Source of the DNA: Dictyostelium discoideum
Lineage: Eukaryota
Length of the DNA stretch: 64,000 bases
Direction of reading: 5' to 3'
Assembly: GCA_000004695.1 (NCBI GenBank)
Contig: CM000155.2
Location: 928,001-992,000 of the forward strand
Below are positions 1-12,720 of this stretch, piece by piece. How positions within the stretch are numbered: the stretch's first letter is position 1; each line of letters begins with the position of its first letter. The translations under genes were made by a program, and so were the position numbers. The notes beneath the pieces were generated by a model that searched no databases, was not told the DNA's origin, and saw only the letters and a list, made by a program, of their open reading frames with translations.

Positions 1-115
1 GTTCAATCGTTTCTAGTGATCCAATAGTTTATTTTAAATTACCATCAATTCCAAGTATGTATAAAATTTTAAAAAATTTATAAATTTGTTTATTTATTTT
101 AAACTAATTAAATAA

Positions 116-153
<38 letters not shown>

Positions 154-2902
154 CAATTTAGGATCAGTCGGCTATAATTCATTTTCAAATATTACATTTT
201 TATATGATAATATTAATATGACAAGGGATCAAGATTTTTATAATATTGCATATTTAGAAAATGATGAAATTCCACGTGATTTACCATTTTCATTAATTTC
301 TTTAGATCCAGTAACTTATTCTTATTTAACTTCAGTTAGATTAATTAATAATATTATGTACCCATTCACTTTTGATCCAACCATTAATAAATTCACAAGT
401 AAATTTGTTATTCCAGCAAATACTGCATTCGATAAGATTTCATTTGCAATTATTGGTGGTTTATCAACAGAATTTTATTATTCAGGTTTTACAATTAATA
501 ATTCACCAGCTTTCGATAATGAAGGTCCATTATTTAGTGAATTCTACAAAGTAAATGAAAATACTACTTATTCCTCTTTAGGTTATCCAAAAACTTCTGG
601 TTGGAGATTTAGAATCACTGATAAATACAATGGTTTCAGAAATGGTTTTATTAAAGCTATGGGTTCAGTTGATAGTACAATTATTAAATTAAACTTCACT
701 GTCCACGATAGACTTAATGGTGATAAACACGATGGTTTATATGAACTTTTACTCGCTTTAGTACCAGAACAATGTATCACACAACAATATACTATCACTC
801 ACGTTGAACTTTATGATGACAATAACATTAGTTCAATTTTCAAACTTTATTCACCAGATTATTACTTAAAGAATCCATTCATTAATATTTATGCTCAAGG
901 TTTAGAAGTTACTACAATCTCTACATTCTGTAGTGAACCAATTATTGACGTTTTACCAACTCTTTCCCAATTCAGAGTTTACAATCAATCTGTTGATGTT
1001 GGTTCTGGTAATAGAAGAGTTTCATTTAGTTTTGAAGCATCATCAGATAGTGGTATGAAAAGATCACAAGCACCAATTATTTATCTCACAACAAATTTAT
1101 TTGAAATCGTTGAATGTGAAACAAAATTTATTATGATTACACCAATATCCAATCTTTACTCTTGTTCAGTTGATCTTCCATTCTCATTTGGTTATCCAGG
1201 TAAATTATTTTTGTCAGTTTATGGTTTAATCAATAATGGTGGTAAATATGGTGGTGCTAGTACAAAGGATTTACGTGATCTCGGTTTCCAATATTCTATT
1301 GATACTCAATTCACAAATTATACTCCAGTTATTACTCAAAATGATAATATTTTATCCGTTCATTCAGATTTAGTATTCTTTGGTTATGGTTTCAATAAAG
1401 TTGTTGATGTAATTGTTAGATATAAAAATCAAGAACCAGTTCATATTGCACCAACTCAAATCTTTGGTTCAACTGCAATTAAACTTCAAATTACTCCAAC
1501 TGAATATCAATTTACTATTCAAGTTGTAAATAGTGAAGGTATTTATTCAAATGAATATAAAATTAATCCAATAATTTGGAGATATCAATTTAATCCAACT
1601 GAAACACCAACTGAAACTCCAACTGAAACTCCAACTCAAACACCAACTCAAACACCAACTGAAACTCCAACCCAAACTCCAACTGAAACTCCAACTGAAA
1701 CTCCAACTGAAACTCCAACTGAAACTCCAACTGAAACTCCAACTGAAACTCCAACTGAAACTCCAACTGAAACTCCAACTCAAACTCCAACTGAAACTCC
1801 AACTGAAACTCCAACTCAAACTCCAACTGAAACTCCAACCCAAACCCCAACACAAACACCAACACCAACACCAAACCCAGGTAATTGTAATGTTAGTGTT
1901 ACCCTAAAGGTTACTTCTCAATGGGTTGAAAATAATCAAAACTTTATACAAGTTGAGGCAACTATTTTCAATTATGGTCAATCAGAAATCACTGGTTTTT
2001 CATTCCAATTATTTAATATTATCAGTATTTGGAATGTTGATCAAACATCATTCAATAGCTACAGTCTTCCAATTTGGTTACCAGCCATTCAAGTTGGTTC
2101 ATCATTCAGTTTTGGTTATATTCAAAAAACTGATACTGTTGTCCCACTCTCCTCCCAATCAGTTGTATGTCAAGAAATTCCAACCCCATCCCCAACTCCA
2201 TCACCATCCCCATGTATGATTAATGTTTCTCAAAGTATCGTTAATTCATGGAGAGAAAATACTCAAGACTTTATTCAAGTTGAAGTAAACCTTAAAAACA
2301 TTGGTCAAAATACCGTTTACCAATTCTCATTCGAAATATTTGATCTTGTTAACATTTGGGGCGTTGAATTATTATCAAATAATACTTATCAACTCCCAAG
2401 TTGGGTATATAGTATCCCAGTTGGTTCATCTCACAATTTTGGTTATATCCAAAAATCAAACCATCTTTTACCAATTTATTCACAATTACCAACTTGTCAA
2501 GTAACTCCAACTCCAACACCAACTCAAACTCCAACTCAAACTCCAACTGAAACCCCAACTCCAACCGAAACTCCAACCGAAACTCCAACTCAAACTCCAA
2601 CTCAAACACCAACTCAATCACCAATTCCAAGACCAATAACTTGTTCAAAACTTGATGATGTTCTTAATTTCAATAGCACAGAAACTATTTACTGTAAAGG
2701 TAGAGGTCCAACCTACTGTATTGATGGCTATGGTTCAGAATGTGAAACCAACGATGTTGATGGAAGAATTAAATGTACAACAAAGAGCAATTTCATGAGC
2801 TGTAAGGGTGATCATTTAGTTTGTAAATCAAACTATCTTACATGTAAAGTCAATATTTCTGAAGGTACACCATTCCATGTTCACGATTCTTCTTTACAAT
2901 AA
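1..2902 (+). CDS. Secreted TETP-repeat protein with two ~95-aa Cys-bounded cellulose-binding-like modules and a Cys-rich C-terminus. join(<3..54,162..2902); 5' partial, exon 1 starts outside the window
   Basis: ORF 218..2902 stays open upstream to 162 in the same frame. 55..161 is a canonical GTATGT...AG intron (AT-rich with a poly-T tract). Frame 3 of 3..54 is open and joins in phase (cca a|ga tca). The Thr-Glu-Thr-Pro tetrapeptide array and the modules beginning C-N-V-S..SQW..F-I-Q-V-E resemble the Dictyostelium spore-germination 270-6/celA family linkers and CBM-type modules. The N-terminal ~450 aa has no recognised domain and the annotated Met has no signal peptide, consistent with an upstream exon. 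Confidence 0.6.
1594..1875 (+). repeat. 12-nt coding tandem repeat (ACTGAAACTCCA / ACTCAAACACCA)n encoding (TETP/TQTP)n, ~23 units; second shorter array at 2503..2625
   Basis: Direct reading of the sequence. The antisense ORFs 1547..1855 and 1590..1874 are artefacts of this repeat. Confidence 0.95.
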
Positions 2903-3228
2903 AATATTTTAAATAACCTATCAAAGAAATAAATAAATTTTAAAATTTCTTTTTTAAATTATCTCTTTCCAAATAATTTTTTTTTTTTTCTTTCTTTACT
3001 AATTTTATTTATTTATTTTTAAAATAATATAATAATAAAAAAAAAGTTTTTAAGAAACTACAACACTAACCAAGCTTATATTTAAATTCTTTAAGTTTAA
3101 TTGAATGAATATCATTACAATTTATTACAATTTTAATTTTTCTTTTTCTTTTTCTCTAAAAAAAAAAAAAAAAAAATAATATTATTTAAAATATTATTTT
3201 TTTTTATATATTTATATATGTTTAAATA

Positions 3229-4154
3229 TTAATTTTGAATAAAGGATTCAACCATAGCCAAAGCAGCGACAGGTGCTTCTCTTGGTGCCATATGAGATGC
3301 TCCAAGAAGAACTTGCATTGTAAGATTATCATATGATTGTGAATAACCAGAAATTGTATTACCATTAATATATAAAATTTTTCTTGGTGAGTTATTAAAT
3401 TCTTGATTGTATTTCCATTTAAGTTGAGAAGTCCATTCAGTACTACCTAAGAAATTACAAATCCAATCATAGTTTCTATTTTATTTAATTTTTATTTTTT
3501 TTTTTTTAGGAAATGTTGTATATTAGTATTTATAAATACTAATTTTTAATGATGATGAATTTGTATATAGGTGGTGTAATAAATAAAATAAAATAAAATA
3601 AATAAAAAAACATACCCATTATAAACTAAAACTTTATAATTTTCTAATAAAGTTGGAATATAATTAATTGGTGTATTAAACCAATCTCTAATGATAGCAC
3701 TATATGGTTGAGTACTACAAACATTCCAAGTAGAATTTGGTAAAACTCCAAATGATTGTTTGGTTGATGCTAAATTAAGGTAATCAATGATAGCTGTAAA
3801 GTTATAACAAAGTGGTTCATTTGGATAACATGTCTTTGATACATCATATACATTGAAATTACCTGCATACTCTTGAACGATATCCATAATGTTATTACAA
3901 ATTTGAGTGGTCATATTATAATCACCTGAATCTATTGCTTGTTGACATGATTCATATAATCCTTCAGTTTCCTTTAATGCATTAATATCAAGCATACCAT
4001 GTGCATATGCAAATGGTCCAAGTGATCCATATTGAATGTATGGGTCAACCATACCATTACCAATTGCAAGACCTTTAAGATTAATTGTTGCTAATCCTAA
4101 ATTCTTTTGATAAATATAATATGAAAAACTTGGTACATAATGACCCTATAAAAA

Positions 4155-4190
<36 letters not shown>

Positions 4191-4834
4191 TAGTGTTAAA
4201 TATACTATTTATGTATTATTTTCACTATATATAGTGGCGGTAGTGGTGATGGTGGTAAATAAATAACTTACTGCATATGATTCACCAAAAATATATAATG
4301 GTAATTTAGAATATTTTGGATATTTTGAAAGGAATTGAGTTAAGAATGAATATAAATTTTCAGAAATCTCTGTTTCTGTAGTACTATAACCATCACTATC
4401 AACAACATAACTGAAACCGGCACCTAATGGAGAATCTACATATAAAACATTTGCAACCATATTCCATGAATTTGGATTTTCTGATAAAGTTAAATTATCA
4501 TTTACAAAATATGGTCCATTTTCATAAACTATTAAAAAAAAAAAAAAAAAAAATATAAAAAAAAAAGAATTTATTAGTATATGCACGTGTAACTTTACAA
4601 TAAAAAAAAACACTTACAAGCTGCCATTAAAGATGAACAACCTGGACCACCTGTAAGCCAAAGAATTAATGGATCAGTTGATGGAGAATTTTGTGATTCA
4701 TAAAATAAATAAAACAAATTTGCATTTGTTGTTTCATTAACATTGAAATAACCACTTAATTGTAAAGTTGGTGTACTATTTGATACATTTATTACAAAAA
4801 TTATTGAAATAATAATAAATAATAATTTCATCAT
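3229..4834 (-). CDS. Serine carboxypeptidase, peptidase family S10; join(4618..4834,4272..4528,3616..4145,3229..3475) on the minus strand; 416 aa
   Basis: Signal peptide [21 protein letters not shown]10 motifs are present: [10 protein letters not shown], the catalytic Ser in FGESYAGHYVP (split by an intron after GESYA), catalytic Asp in [16 protein letters not shown], and catalytic His in LLGASHMAP. Donors are GTAAGT/GTATGT and acceptors follow poly-pyrimidine tracts. All exon phases and lengths are consistent with ORF-track frames (exon lengths 217+257+530+247 = 1251 nt). Confidence 0.9.
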
Positions 4835-4899
4835 TTTTGTTCGTTTCTTTGTTGAATGTTTGGATTAAAAAAATGAAAATTCCGTTTTTTTGTTTTATT

Positions 4900-4943
<44 letters not shown>

Positions 4944-5539
4944 TGCTATTCCAATTTTATTTTTATTTTTATTTTTATTTTGAAAAATAAAATGAATTTT
5001 CATTTGCATTTTTTTTTTTTTTCTTTATTCTTTTATACTTTTTTTATCTTTAATTTTCTTTGCTAATTAGCAAACCCAGTTTCGTTTTTATAATAAGAAT
5101 TATTAAAAAAAAAAAAAAAAAAAAAATAAGAATAATAAAAAAAAAAAAAAAATAAAAATAAAAATAATAAAATAAAAAAAAAAAGAAAATTGATGAAACC
5201 ATTCTGTTTTTTTTTTTTTTTTTTTTTTTAAGATTTAAATATTATAAAAAATAATAAGAAATTATTATAAAAAAGTTAATAAATATTTAATTTAAGTTTA
5301 TTATATACTTTTTTTTTTTTTGCACAAGAAGAAAAAAAAGAAGGGAGTGTCACTAAAAAAATGTTAAAAAATTAATTTAGATAAAAATAACAATTATTTT
5401 TATTGAAAAATTTTTTATTTTATTATTAAAAATTTAATAAACTATTTTTTTAATTGTTTTTTTGGAAGGTCTATGTACAAAGTTCCATAAATATTCTAAA
5501 AATAAAAAGTGTAAGTTTTTTTTTATTTTTTTATTTTTT

Positions 5540-5866
5540 TTATTTTTTTAAATAATAGAGATTATTTACATATATATCTTGTAAAAGAGAAATAGTAATG
5601 GCACTAATATTATTCATATCATTAAAAAAATTATTTGGATTATCTTGATATTGCAAAATAGTTTGGAAAATTGTTGTTAAAATGTGAGTGATATTTCTTG
5701 ACATTGTACCATGCTTTTCTCCATCAGGTTTTAAATGGGAAATAATAAATTTTATAATTATTGCAATTACATGAATTATAGATTTCCATTCATCATTAAC
5801 ATTAGAATGAAGAATAGTTTTAATAATAATTATTCCTATATTCTCCCATACTTCAATTCCATCCAT
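5540..5866 (-). CDS. Hypothetical small protein (MDGIEVWENIGII...), possibly one exon of a larger gene
   Basis: ORF 5540..5902. The first Met lies in a poly-A-encoded Lys run, so the start was placed at the second Met (5866). No recognisable domain. Confidence 0.25.
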   Translation of the reverse strand: MDGIEVWENIGIIIIKTILHSNVNDEWKSIIHVIAIIIKFIISHLKPDGEKHGTMSRNITHILTTIFQTILQYQDNPNNFFNDMNNISAITISLLQDIYVNNLYYLKK

Positions 5867-6203
5867 TTTTTTTTTTTTTTTTAAAAAAAATTTAACCAAC
5901 AAATAAAAAAAATAAAAAATAAAAAAATAAAATATAAAAGGTTTATTTATTTATTTATTTATTTATAAATTAAATTACAATTTTATTTTTTCTTTAATTT
6001 TTTAATTATTAAAATCGATGGTAATTTTTTTTTTATTTTTAAATAAATCACACCCACTTCAAAGTTTATTTTTAATTTAAGTTTTCAAAAGGGGGGGGGG
6101 GGGTTAAAGAATATATTTTAAAATTAAAATTTAGATAAAAAACATAAAATGTATTATTGTAGTGGTTTATATACTTTATTTTTTATTATTATTTTTATTT
6201 TGA

Positions 6204-6722
6204 TTATCTTATTAATTGATAATGAACACGTTTTGGTTTTGAACAATATTTTTTGTATAAATATAATGATATTGAACCAATTATTAATAAAATGAAAATT
6301 GATACAATTATTACAATTGGGATTGTCCAATTCATATGGTTATTATTATTGTTATTATTATTATTTGAAGTATTATTAATAATAATTGTTGTTGTTGTAT
6401 TTGGTGAGGTTGAACCATTAATTAATAAACAATAAGGATTGATAGTATTATCAATTAGAATATAACCATTATCACAATAGCATATATACAATCGATCATT
6501 TACCATTGAATTTGAATCTAAACTCCAATCAGAAAAAAATGAATAATTACAATTTGCACTTCCACAAACTTTTTCTGCAATTGTTCCAAAACATTGATCA
6601 ATGTTACAACTTTTACCACTTGATGATAATTTAAAACCACTTTCACAAAAACAATTATTAAATACTTGATTTGTATAATTACATTTTGCGGTACCACACT
6701 CACTACAAATTTCATTTCCTTT
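6204..6722 (-). CDS. Type I membrane protein with tandem EGF-like Cys repeats, one TM helix and a short cytoplasmic tail (3' exon; 5' end unresolved)
   Basis: Minus-strand frame reads ...GNEICSECGTAKCNYTNQVFNNCFCESGFKLSSSGKSCNIDQCFGTIAEKVCGSANCNYS...YICYCDNGYILIDN..., then a poly-Asn run, the TM helix IPIVIIVSIFILLIIGSISLYLY and KKYCSKPKRVHYQLIR*. It is paralogous to the neighbouring gene at 7133..8568. A candidate signal-peptide exon (ATG at 6888, MDFIKMIIYYIIILFILINNNLG) is separated from the body by two 35-nt homopolymer runs and a CCCCC block; no clean splice could be derived. Confidence 0.5.
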   Translation of the reverse strand, partial: KGNEICSECGTAKCNYTNQVFNNCFCESGFKLSSSGKSCNIDQCFGTIAEKVCGSANCNYSFFSDWSLDSNSMVNDRLYICYCDNGYILIDNTINPYCLLINGSTSPNTTTTIIINNTSNNNNNNNNNHMNWTIPIVIIVSIFILLIIGSISLYLYKKYCSKPKRVHYQLIR

Positions 6723-6725
6723 TGG

Positions 6726-6763
<38 letters not shown>

Positions 6764-6768
6764 ACCCC

Positions 6769-6809
<41 letters not shown>

Positions 6810-7132
6810 TTTTATCCTTCCCTAGATTATTGTTAATTAAAATAAATAAAATTATGATATAGTATATTATCATCTTTATAAAATCCATGAATAAAAGAAA
6901 AAAAAAAATTAAAAATTAAAAAAAAAAAAAAAAAGTAAAAAAAATAAAAAAAAAAAAAATTAAAAATATTAATAATAAAAATTGTTTAAAAAGGTGTCAA
7001 TTAAATTATTTATTTATTTTTTTTTGAAAAAACACTAAATAAATTATTTTTTTATTTTTTTTTTATTTTTTTTTATTATAGAATTATAATTCCAATATTT
7101 TTTTATTTTATATATTTATTTATTTATTTTAT

Positions 7133-8330
7133 TTATAACAATGGTTGAGAATCTAATGAATTATCATCTTCATCATAATAATAATTATTATTATTTGTTT
7201 TTGTTGTAATTGTTTTAGATTTTTTATATTTAAAAAATTTAACATAAATAAACATTGAGATACAAAATATAAATAAAAGACCAATTACTGAAACCATGAT
7301 TGAGACTGGTATTTTCCATTTTGAAGAATCTGGATTATCTACACAACTTACATCACCATTATCTGAAATGAATAAATGAGTTTTTTCATTTAAACAAACA
7401 CAATTATCATCTTGACCATCATTTTTGCAATCAGCTGAACCACACATTGTAGAATTTGCACATTCACCTTCTTTTTGACAGTATTTAATAATTTCATTAT
7501 CAATTTTTTTATTTTGTAAAGTGAAACCTTCATCACAATAACAATAATAAAGTATGTTATAATCAATTCCATTCTCTATAAAGTGATTTGTAGTTAAATT
7601 ACATTTTGCATAACCACAATCTATTTGAAAATTTTTAATATAACATGTATCAATTTCACATTGCGTACCATTGAATTTATAACCTTCTTTACAAGTACAA
7701 TTATAACCTTTTACTATATTATCAGTATTTTCACATTCTCCATTCCCACCACATACATTTAAATAACAATAATCTTTATCTATTTAAAAATAAATATAAA
7801 ATAAAATAAAATAAGTTTTTAAAATAAAATAATAAAATAATAATTAAATAATTTAATAATAAAAATACTTACATTGACATAAGGTACCATAAAAACCCAA
7901 TGGACATATATCACTACCATAATCCCATGTAAAAACATTAATTGAACCATTCAAACAATTAAATGATGTTGTTGCTGAAGTATGATTTAATTGTATTGAA
8001 GTTGAATTGAAGATTGTGGTTGTTGTGATTAAATTTGGTGAATTATTTAGTGAACAAGTGAAAATATTTAAAAAATGATTTTCATTTGTAAATGATAAAA
8101 TCATTGAATTAAATTCAATTGAATTTTCACCACAATTACCAATTTGATAGAATTGAATTGAATTATCTTGTTTTAATTTACATGAACCCAATGTTAAACT
8201 TTTTTTGAAAATTTTTTGATATCCCCATGATAAAGTAATCCAATCAATTGGGCATGGGGAATATATTTTTGAGTTTCCATAAATTTGATTATATTCATAA
8301 AAATTTTTATTTTTATTTAAACCCTTTTGG

Positions 8331-8368
<38 letters not shown>

Positions 8369-8568
8369 TTGTCAACAAAAAAAAAAAAAAAAATTAAAAA
8401 AAAGTAATAATAAAAAAAGTAATAATTAATATTTACCAATCCACTACCAAAATAAATATTACCTTTGTGACAAATATTTGATAATGAATAATATTCATTT
8501 GGGCATGAATATTCTATTGCAGTTGCATAATTAAAAATAATTAAAACTATTAAAATAAATAACTTCAT
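7133..8568 (-). CDS. Type I membrane protein with signal peptide, EGF-like Cys-rich repeats, a TM helix and a cytoplasmic tail; join(8437..8568,7873..8323,7133..7779) on the minus strand; 409 aa
   Basis: Signal peptide MKLFILIVLIIFNYATA. Donors are GTAAAT and GTAAGT; acceptors are ..ccaaaag| and ..ttaaatag|. Exon phases were checked against ORF-track frames (7853..8191 TTG-start ORF, 7133..7447). EGF-like patterns include CGGNGECENT..YNCTCKEGYKFNGTQCE. The TM helix is IPVSIMVSVIGLLFIFCISMFIYV. Confidence 0.65.
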
Positions 8569-8888
8569 TTTTTTTTTTGAAGAAATAATAATAATAATAA
8601 TAATAATTTACAAAAAAAAAACAATAAAATAAGAAAAAAATTAACTAAAAAAAAAAAAAAAAAAATAAGAAAAAAAAATACAAAAATGGCCAAAAACGAA
8701 TAAAAATAAAATATATCAAAAATATAAAAAAAAAAAAAATTTAAAGATATCTAAATAAAAATATAATATGAAATAAATAAAAAAATAAAAATAAAAACTA
8801 CTACCTATCTAAATGAATATTTAATTTAAATATTTCTTTTTTTTTTATTTTTTATTTTTTTTTTATTTTTTTTTTTTCCTATTTTTAT

Positions 8889-9463
8889 TTATTGTACAAC
8901 TACATAAATTTTAGTTCCAATTGCTGTGACTATAAATGTTTGTTCTGAAAATGAAACTATATAAATAGGAATTGTTTGTTGTTGTTGTTGTTGTTGTTAT
9001 TGTTATAATTAGTAAAATTGAACTCCTATTGGTATATATATAACGACTAAAAATAATACTAAATAAACAATTGAATGAAAATAATAATAATAATAAATAC
9101 CTGTCATTCTTTTAAATTCTTGATTATTTGAAGATGTAATTTTATTGACGTCGTGTAACATTGAAATAATGGTGCTTGCAAATTCTTTATTATTATAGAA
9201 ACTTTCTTGTAAAATACCTGAAGCCTATATTATTATCACAATCATCATTATCATGATTTATTATGAATATTATAATTTAAAACATATAAGAATATGTCCC
9301 GATAAATGAAATTAAGTTAGTAGAAAAAAAAAAAAAAAAAAAAAAAACCCCTAAATATAAGAAAGTTGTGTGTGTAGGATATTATACTTACACTTGAAAT
9401 TGATCCATCTTGTTCAATAGTTAATGAACCTTTAAAATCTTTTAAAATATCTGGTGCGCTCAT
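8889..9463 (-). CDS. Small roadblock/LC7-domain-like protein (87 aa); join(9392..9463,9101..9224,8889..8956) on the minus strand
   Basis: Not in the ORF track because all exons are under 60 codons. The protein reads MSAPDILKDFKGSLTIEQDGSISS|ASGILQESFYNNKEFASTIISMLHDVNKITSSNNQEFKRMT|VSFSEQTFIVTAIGTKIYVVVQ*. Donors are GTAAGT and GTATTT; phases are consistent (72+124+68 nt). The pattern resembles roadblock/LAMTOR-type folds (e.g. ...IYVVVQ versus robl ...YFLIVIQ). An alternative nearer acceptor would give a different 12-aa C-terminus. Confidence 0.4.
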
Positions 9464-9559
9464 TGTATTTATATATATATTATGTTGGAAATGTTATTTT
9501 GATTTTAATTTATTTGTTTTTTTTTTTTTTTATGAAAGTTCGATTGAAAAAAAAAAAAA

Positions 9560-9591
<32 letters not shown>

Positions 9592-9758
9592 TTTATTTTT
9601 ATTTTTATTTTTTTTATTTTTTATATTTTTTATTTTTTATTTCACATATTGTGTAACCAAAAAAAAAACAAAATAAAAATAAGAAAAATAAAAAAGAAAT
9701 AAACAAATAAATTTTAAACTTTTGCACTTTTATTTATTTTTTTTTTTTTTTTTTCTAA

Positions 9759-10000
9759 TTAATTGAATTGAATTTTTAATTTATCATCAAAAAGATTATC
9801 ATTATTTGATATTGATTTGAAATTATAATTTAATAAAGAAATGATATTTAAAATTTGTTGATTTTTAATATTTGAAATTATTAATGGTTGAAGATTTAAA
9901 TTAAATTTTTTAATTTGATTTGTATTTTCCATTTTAGTAATTAAATTTGAAATTTCTATATTATATAATTTCAATGAATCAATAAATAAAATTTTATTAC

Positions 10001-10072
<72 letters not shown>

Positions 10073-12485
10073 TATTATAATTATTAATTTTTAATTTTGA
10101 AAACCATAAATTATCTCTATCATGATAATAGTTTTTACTAATATTATCATCTTCACTTAATTTAATTATTGAATAAAAAATTAAATTAATTAAAAGATGA
10201 TGTTTTATTTCTTGAGAATAATTTTCATTTAATAAAATTAAATTCATATAAAATAAATCTCTAAATTTACAAGAATTGTAAATTATATTTAATATATTAT
10301 CACAAACCCATTTTGAATCATTTTCAATAACATAACATAATTTTTTAGAAATTTGATAAGGCGAACCAAATTCATTAAAAAATTCTTTTGAATTGAAATT
10401 AACCACACTTGAAGGTTTTAAATTACATTCTAAAAATAAATAATTTAATATACTTTCTTTAATATTATAAAAATTATTTAATAATTTAGAAATATTATAA
10501 TTTTGTTCTATTAAAATTGATGATACTGATGATACTGATGATATTGATGATGGCACTGATGATGATACTGATGATGATGTTGGTTTAAAAAATAATTTTA
10601 TAAAATTTAAATCATCAATATAAAAATAATATCTAGATTCTAAATTTTTTAAAATTAAATAATGATAAATTAATGGATTATTAATTAAAAATACTTGACT
10701 AATTACATGTGAACCAATAAGACTAGGTTGTAAATCACTATAGTTTAAAGGTTTACCACCACTACTTATAATACTATCAATTATTGTTTTAAAAATTATA
10801 AAACCTTGATAACCTTCATTTTTTAAATTTGGAATATATCTTATTAAATTTCTAAGTTGGAATGCCGATGGCCATAATGATTTAAAATTACTAAGTATAT
10901 AATTAAATATTAATAAATTTGAAGTGTTAACAGAGGTTTCTAAAATTGTTATTAACAAATTTGAATTTTTAAATAATGAAATTGATTTTTCAATAAATAA
11001 ATGCAAAGATTTTAAATCATTAAAAAATAAATCCAAATATTTATAAGTACCAGTATTCATTGAAAAATTTGTAAATTGAATAGTTTTATAATTTTCAAAA
11101 TTATTAAAAAGGAATTCAACAATTGATAATTTTGAATCGAAATGAATTGGTTTTAAAGAAACTTTATCATTTAATGTTGGTTCATTTGAAATGAAATCTA
11201 ATACAAATTTCAAATAATTACAATCAAATAATTTCTTTGTAATATTAAAAAATATTAAATCCCAATTTAATTTATGAAATTCAATTTTATTATTATTTTC
11301 AATTAAAAATTTAAATTCTTGAAATGTTGGTGAATAATTAAATCTTAATAATGAAATTATAATATTATCATTATTATAATTTATTAAATTAAAATTAAAA
11401 TTAATAATTTCTAAATTACTATTAATTATTAAACGACTGATATCTTTAGTATTGTTAACGGAAGTACTACTTGTTAAATGGAAACCATTAATTCTAAATT
11501 GATTTTGTGATGAATTTGAATTTTTCCAAAAATAATTTAAAATTTGGAAATCCAAAAACTTTGTATTTTGTTGTTTAATGTAAGGTAATGGATAATTTCC
11601 ATTGAATTGTTTTGATAGGTAATCAGATTTTAAAATGATTTTAGCCAATTCAAGATTAGAGTGAATGAAAGAAATACCAATTAAAAGACAACTTAAATTA
11701 TCTACAATTTTATCATAGGGTGCTGTGAATGGTAGTTGAAATTTAACTAAATGAATTTCGAGATCAATTAAATAATTTACTAAATAATTTAAATAAACCA
11801 AGTTATTACTTTTTAATGATTTAATTAAAACTTCAATCGCTTGAACAAATGTGAGTTCAAAATTGTGATATTTAATTTCATTTTTGAAAATTTCTAAATT
11901 ATTATCACAATCGATTGAAGTTTTATAACCATCTTTATTAATCATTGGATCGCCACCCCATCTATAAAATTTTGAATATTTTATTGGTTCTCTAAATTCA
12001 TAAATTTTTTCATTCATTAAGAATTTATAAATTTCTAAATTACCACTTTTTGCTGAACTTTTTAAAACAAATTTTTTAAATATTTGAAATTGAAATTTTG
12101 AATTATTATAAACTTTTAAAAATCTATTAAATCCTAATTCTTTATAAGATAATAGTGCTTTAAAATCTTTTTTATCATTAAATTGGAACATTGATACAAA
12201 TTTCCAATACTTTTCTCTATTAAATATTACAACATTATAATAAAATTCGAATAAATAATCAAATAATTTAAATAATTTTTTTGATAATAATTCTTTAATT
12301 GAAAAATCATATGATCTTTTTAATTCTTTTTTAATTTCATAAATTTTATAAAATTCATTTTCATTATTATCATCATCATCATCTAAATATTCAAATCTAA
12401 CAAATTTAAATATTTTATTTGAAATTACAATATTATTAAAAACTTTTTTATATAATATATAATTATTATTATTGTTATTATTCAT
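9759..12485 (-). CDS. Asn-rich hypothetical protein, 908 aa
   Basis: Long single ORF with typical Dictyostelium low-complexity content (poly-N from the (ATT)n tract at 10003..10070, poly-S/V). No recognised domain. Confidence 0.6.
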
Positions 12486-12720
12486 TTTATTTATAATGTT
12501 TAAAATAAAAAAAATAAAAAAATAAAAAAATTTGATAAAAATCTATTTGAGTGAAAAAAAAAAAAAAAAAAAAAAAAATCTAAAAAAAAAAAAATAAGAA
12601 ATAAATAAGAAAAAAAAAAAAAAGATAAAACAATTATCTTCTATAAATTTTTTAATTTTATTTAATTTTATTTTATTATTTTTTTTTTATTATTATTATT
12701 ATTTATTATTATTATTATTA

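Noticed and set aside
1547-1874. Minus-strand ORFs 1547..1855 and 1590..1874 (WSFSWS... and LEFQLEF... proteins)
   Set aside because: They are antisense translations of the 12-nt TETP coding repeat of the plus-strand gene and are not independent genes.
4776-5009. Assorted short ORFs rich in K/F/N/I lying in poly(A)/poly(T) or (AAT)n tracts (e.g. 4776..5009, 6671..6862, 22045..22245, 23764..24195, 37824..38012, 38423..38644, 47915..48139, 52730..52966, 53620..53947, 57350..57535, 59485..59670)
   Set aside because: They are translations of homopolymer or microsatellite DNA (poly-Lys, poly-Phe, poly-Asn), overlap UTRs or introns of real genes, and lack splice or domain support.
9027-9056. Alternative nearer acceptor (ttttag|TCGTTATATAT...) for the roadblock-like gene, giving the C-terminus VVIYIPIGVQFY*
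   Set aside because: It would create a ~48-nt intron, shorter than any other intron seen here, and it loses the roadblock-like C-terminal strand. The 8956 acceptor is preferred but not proven.
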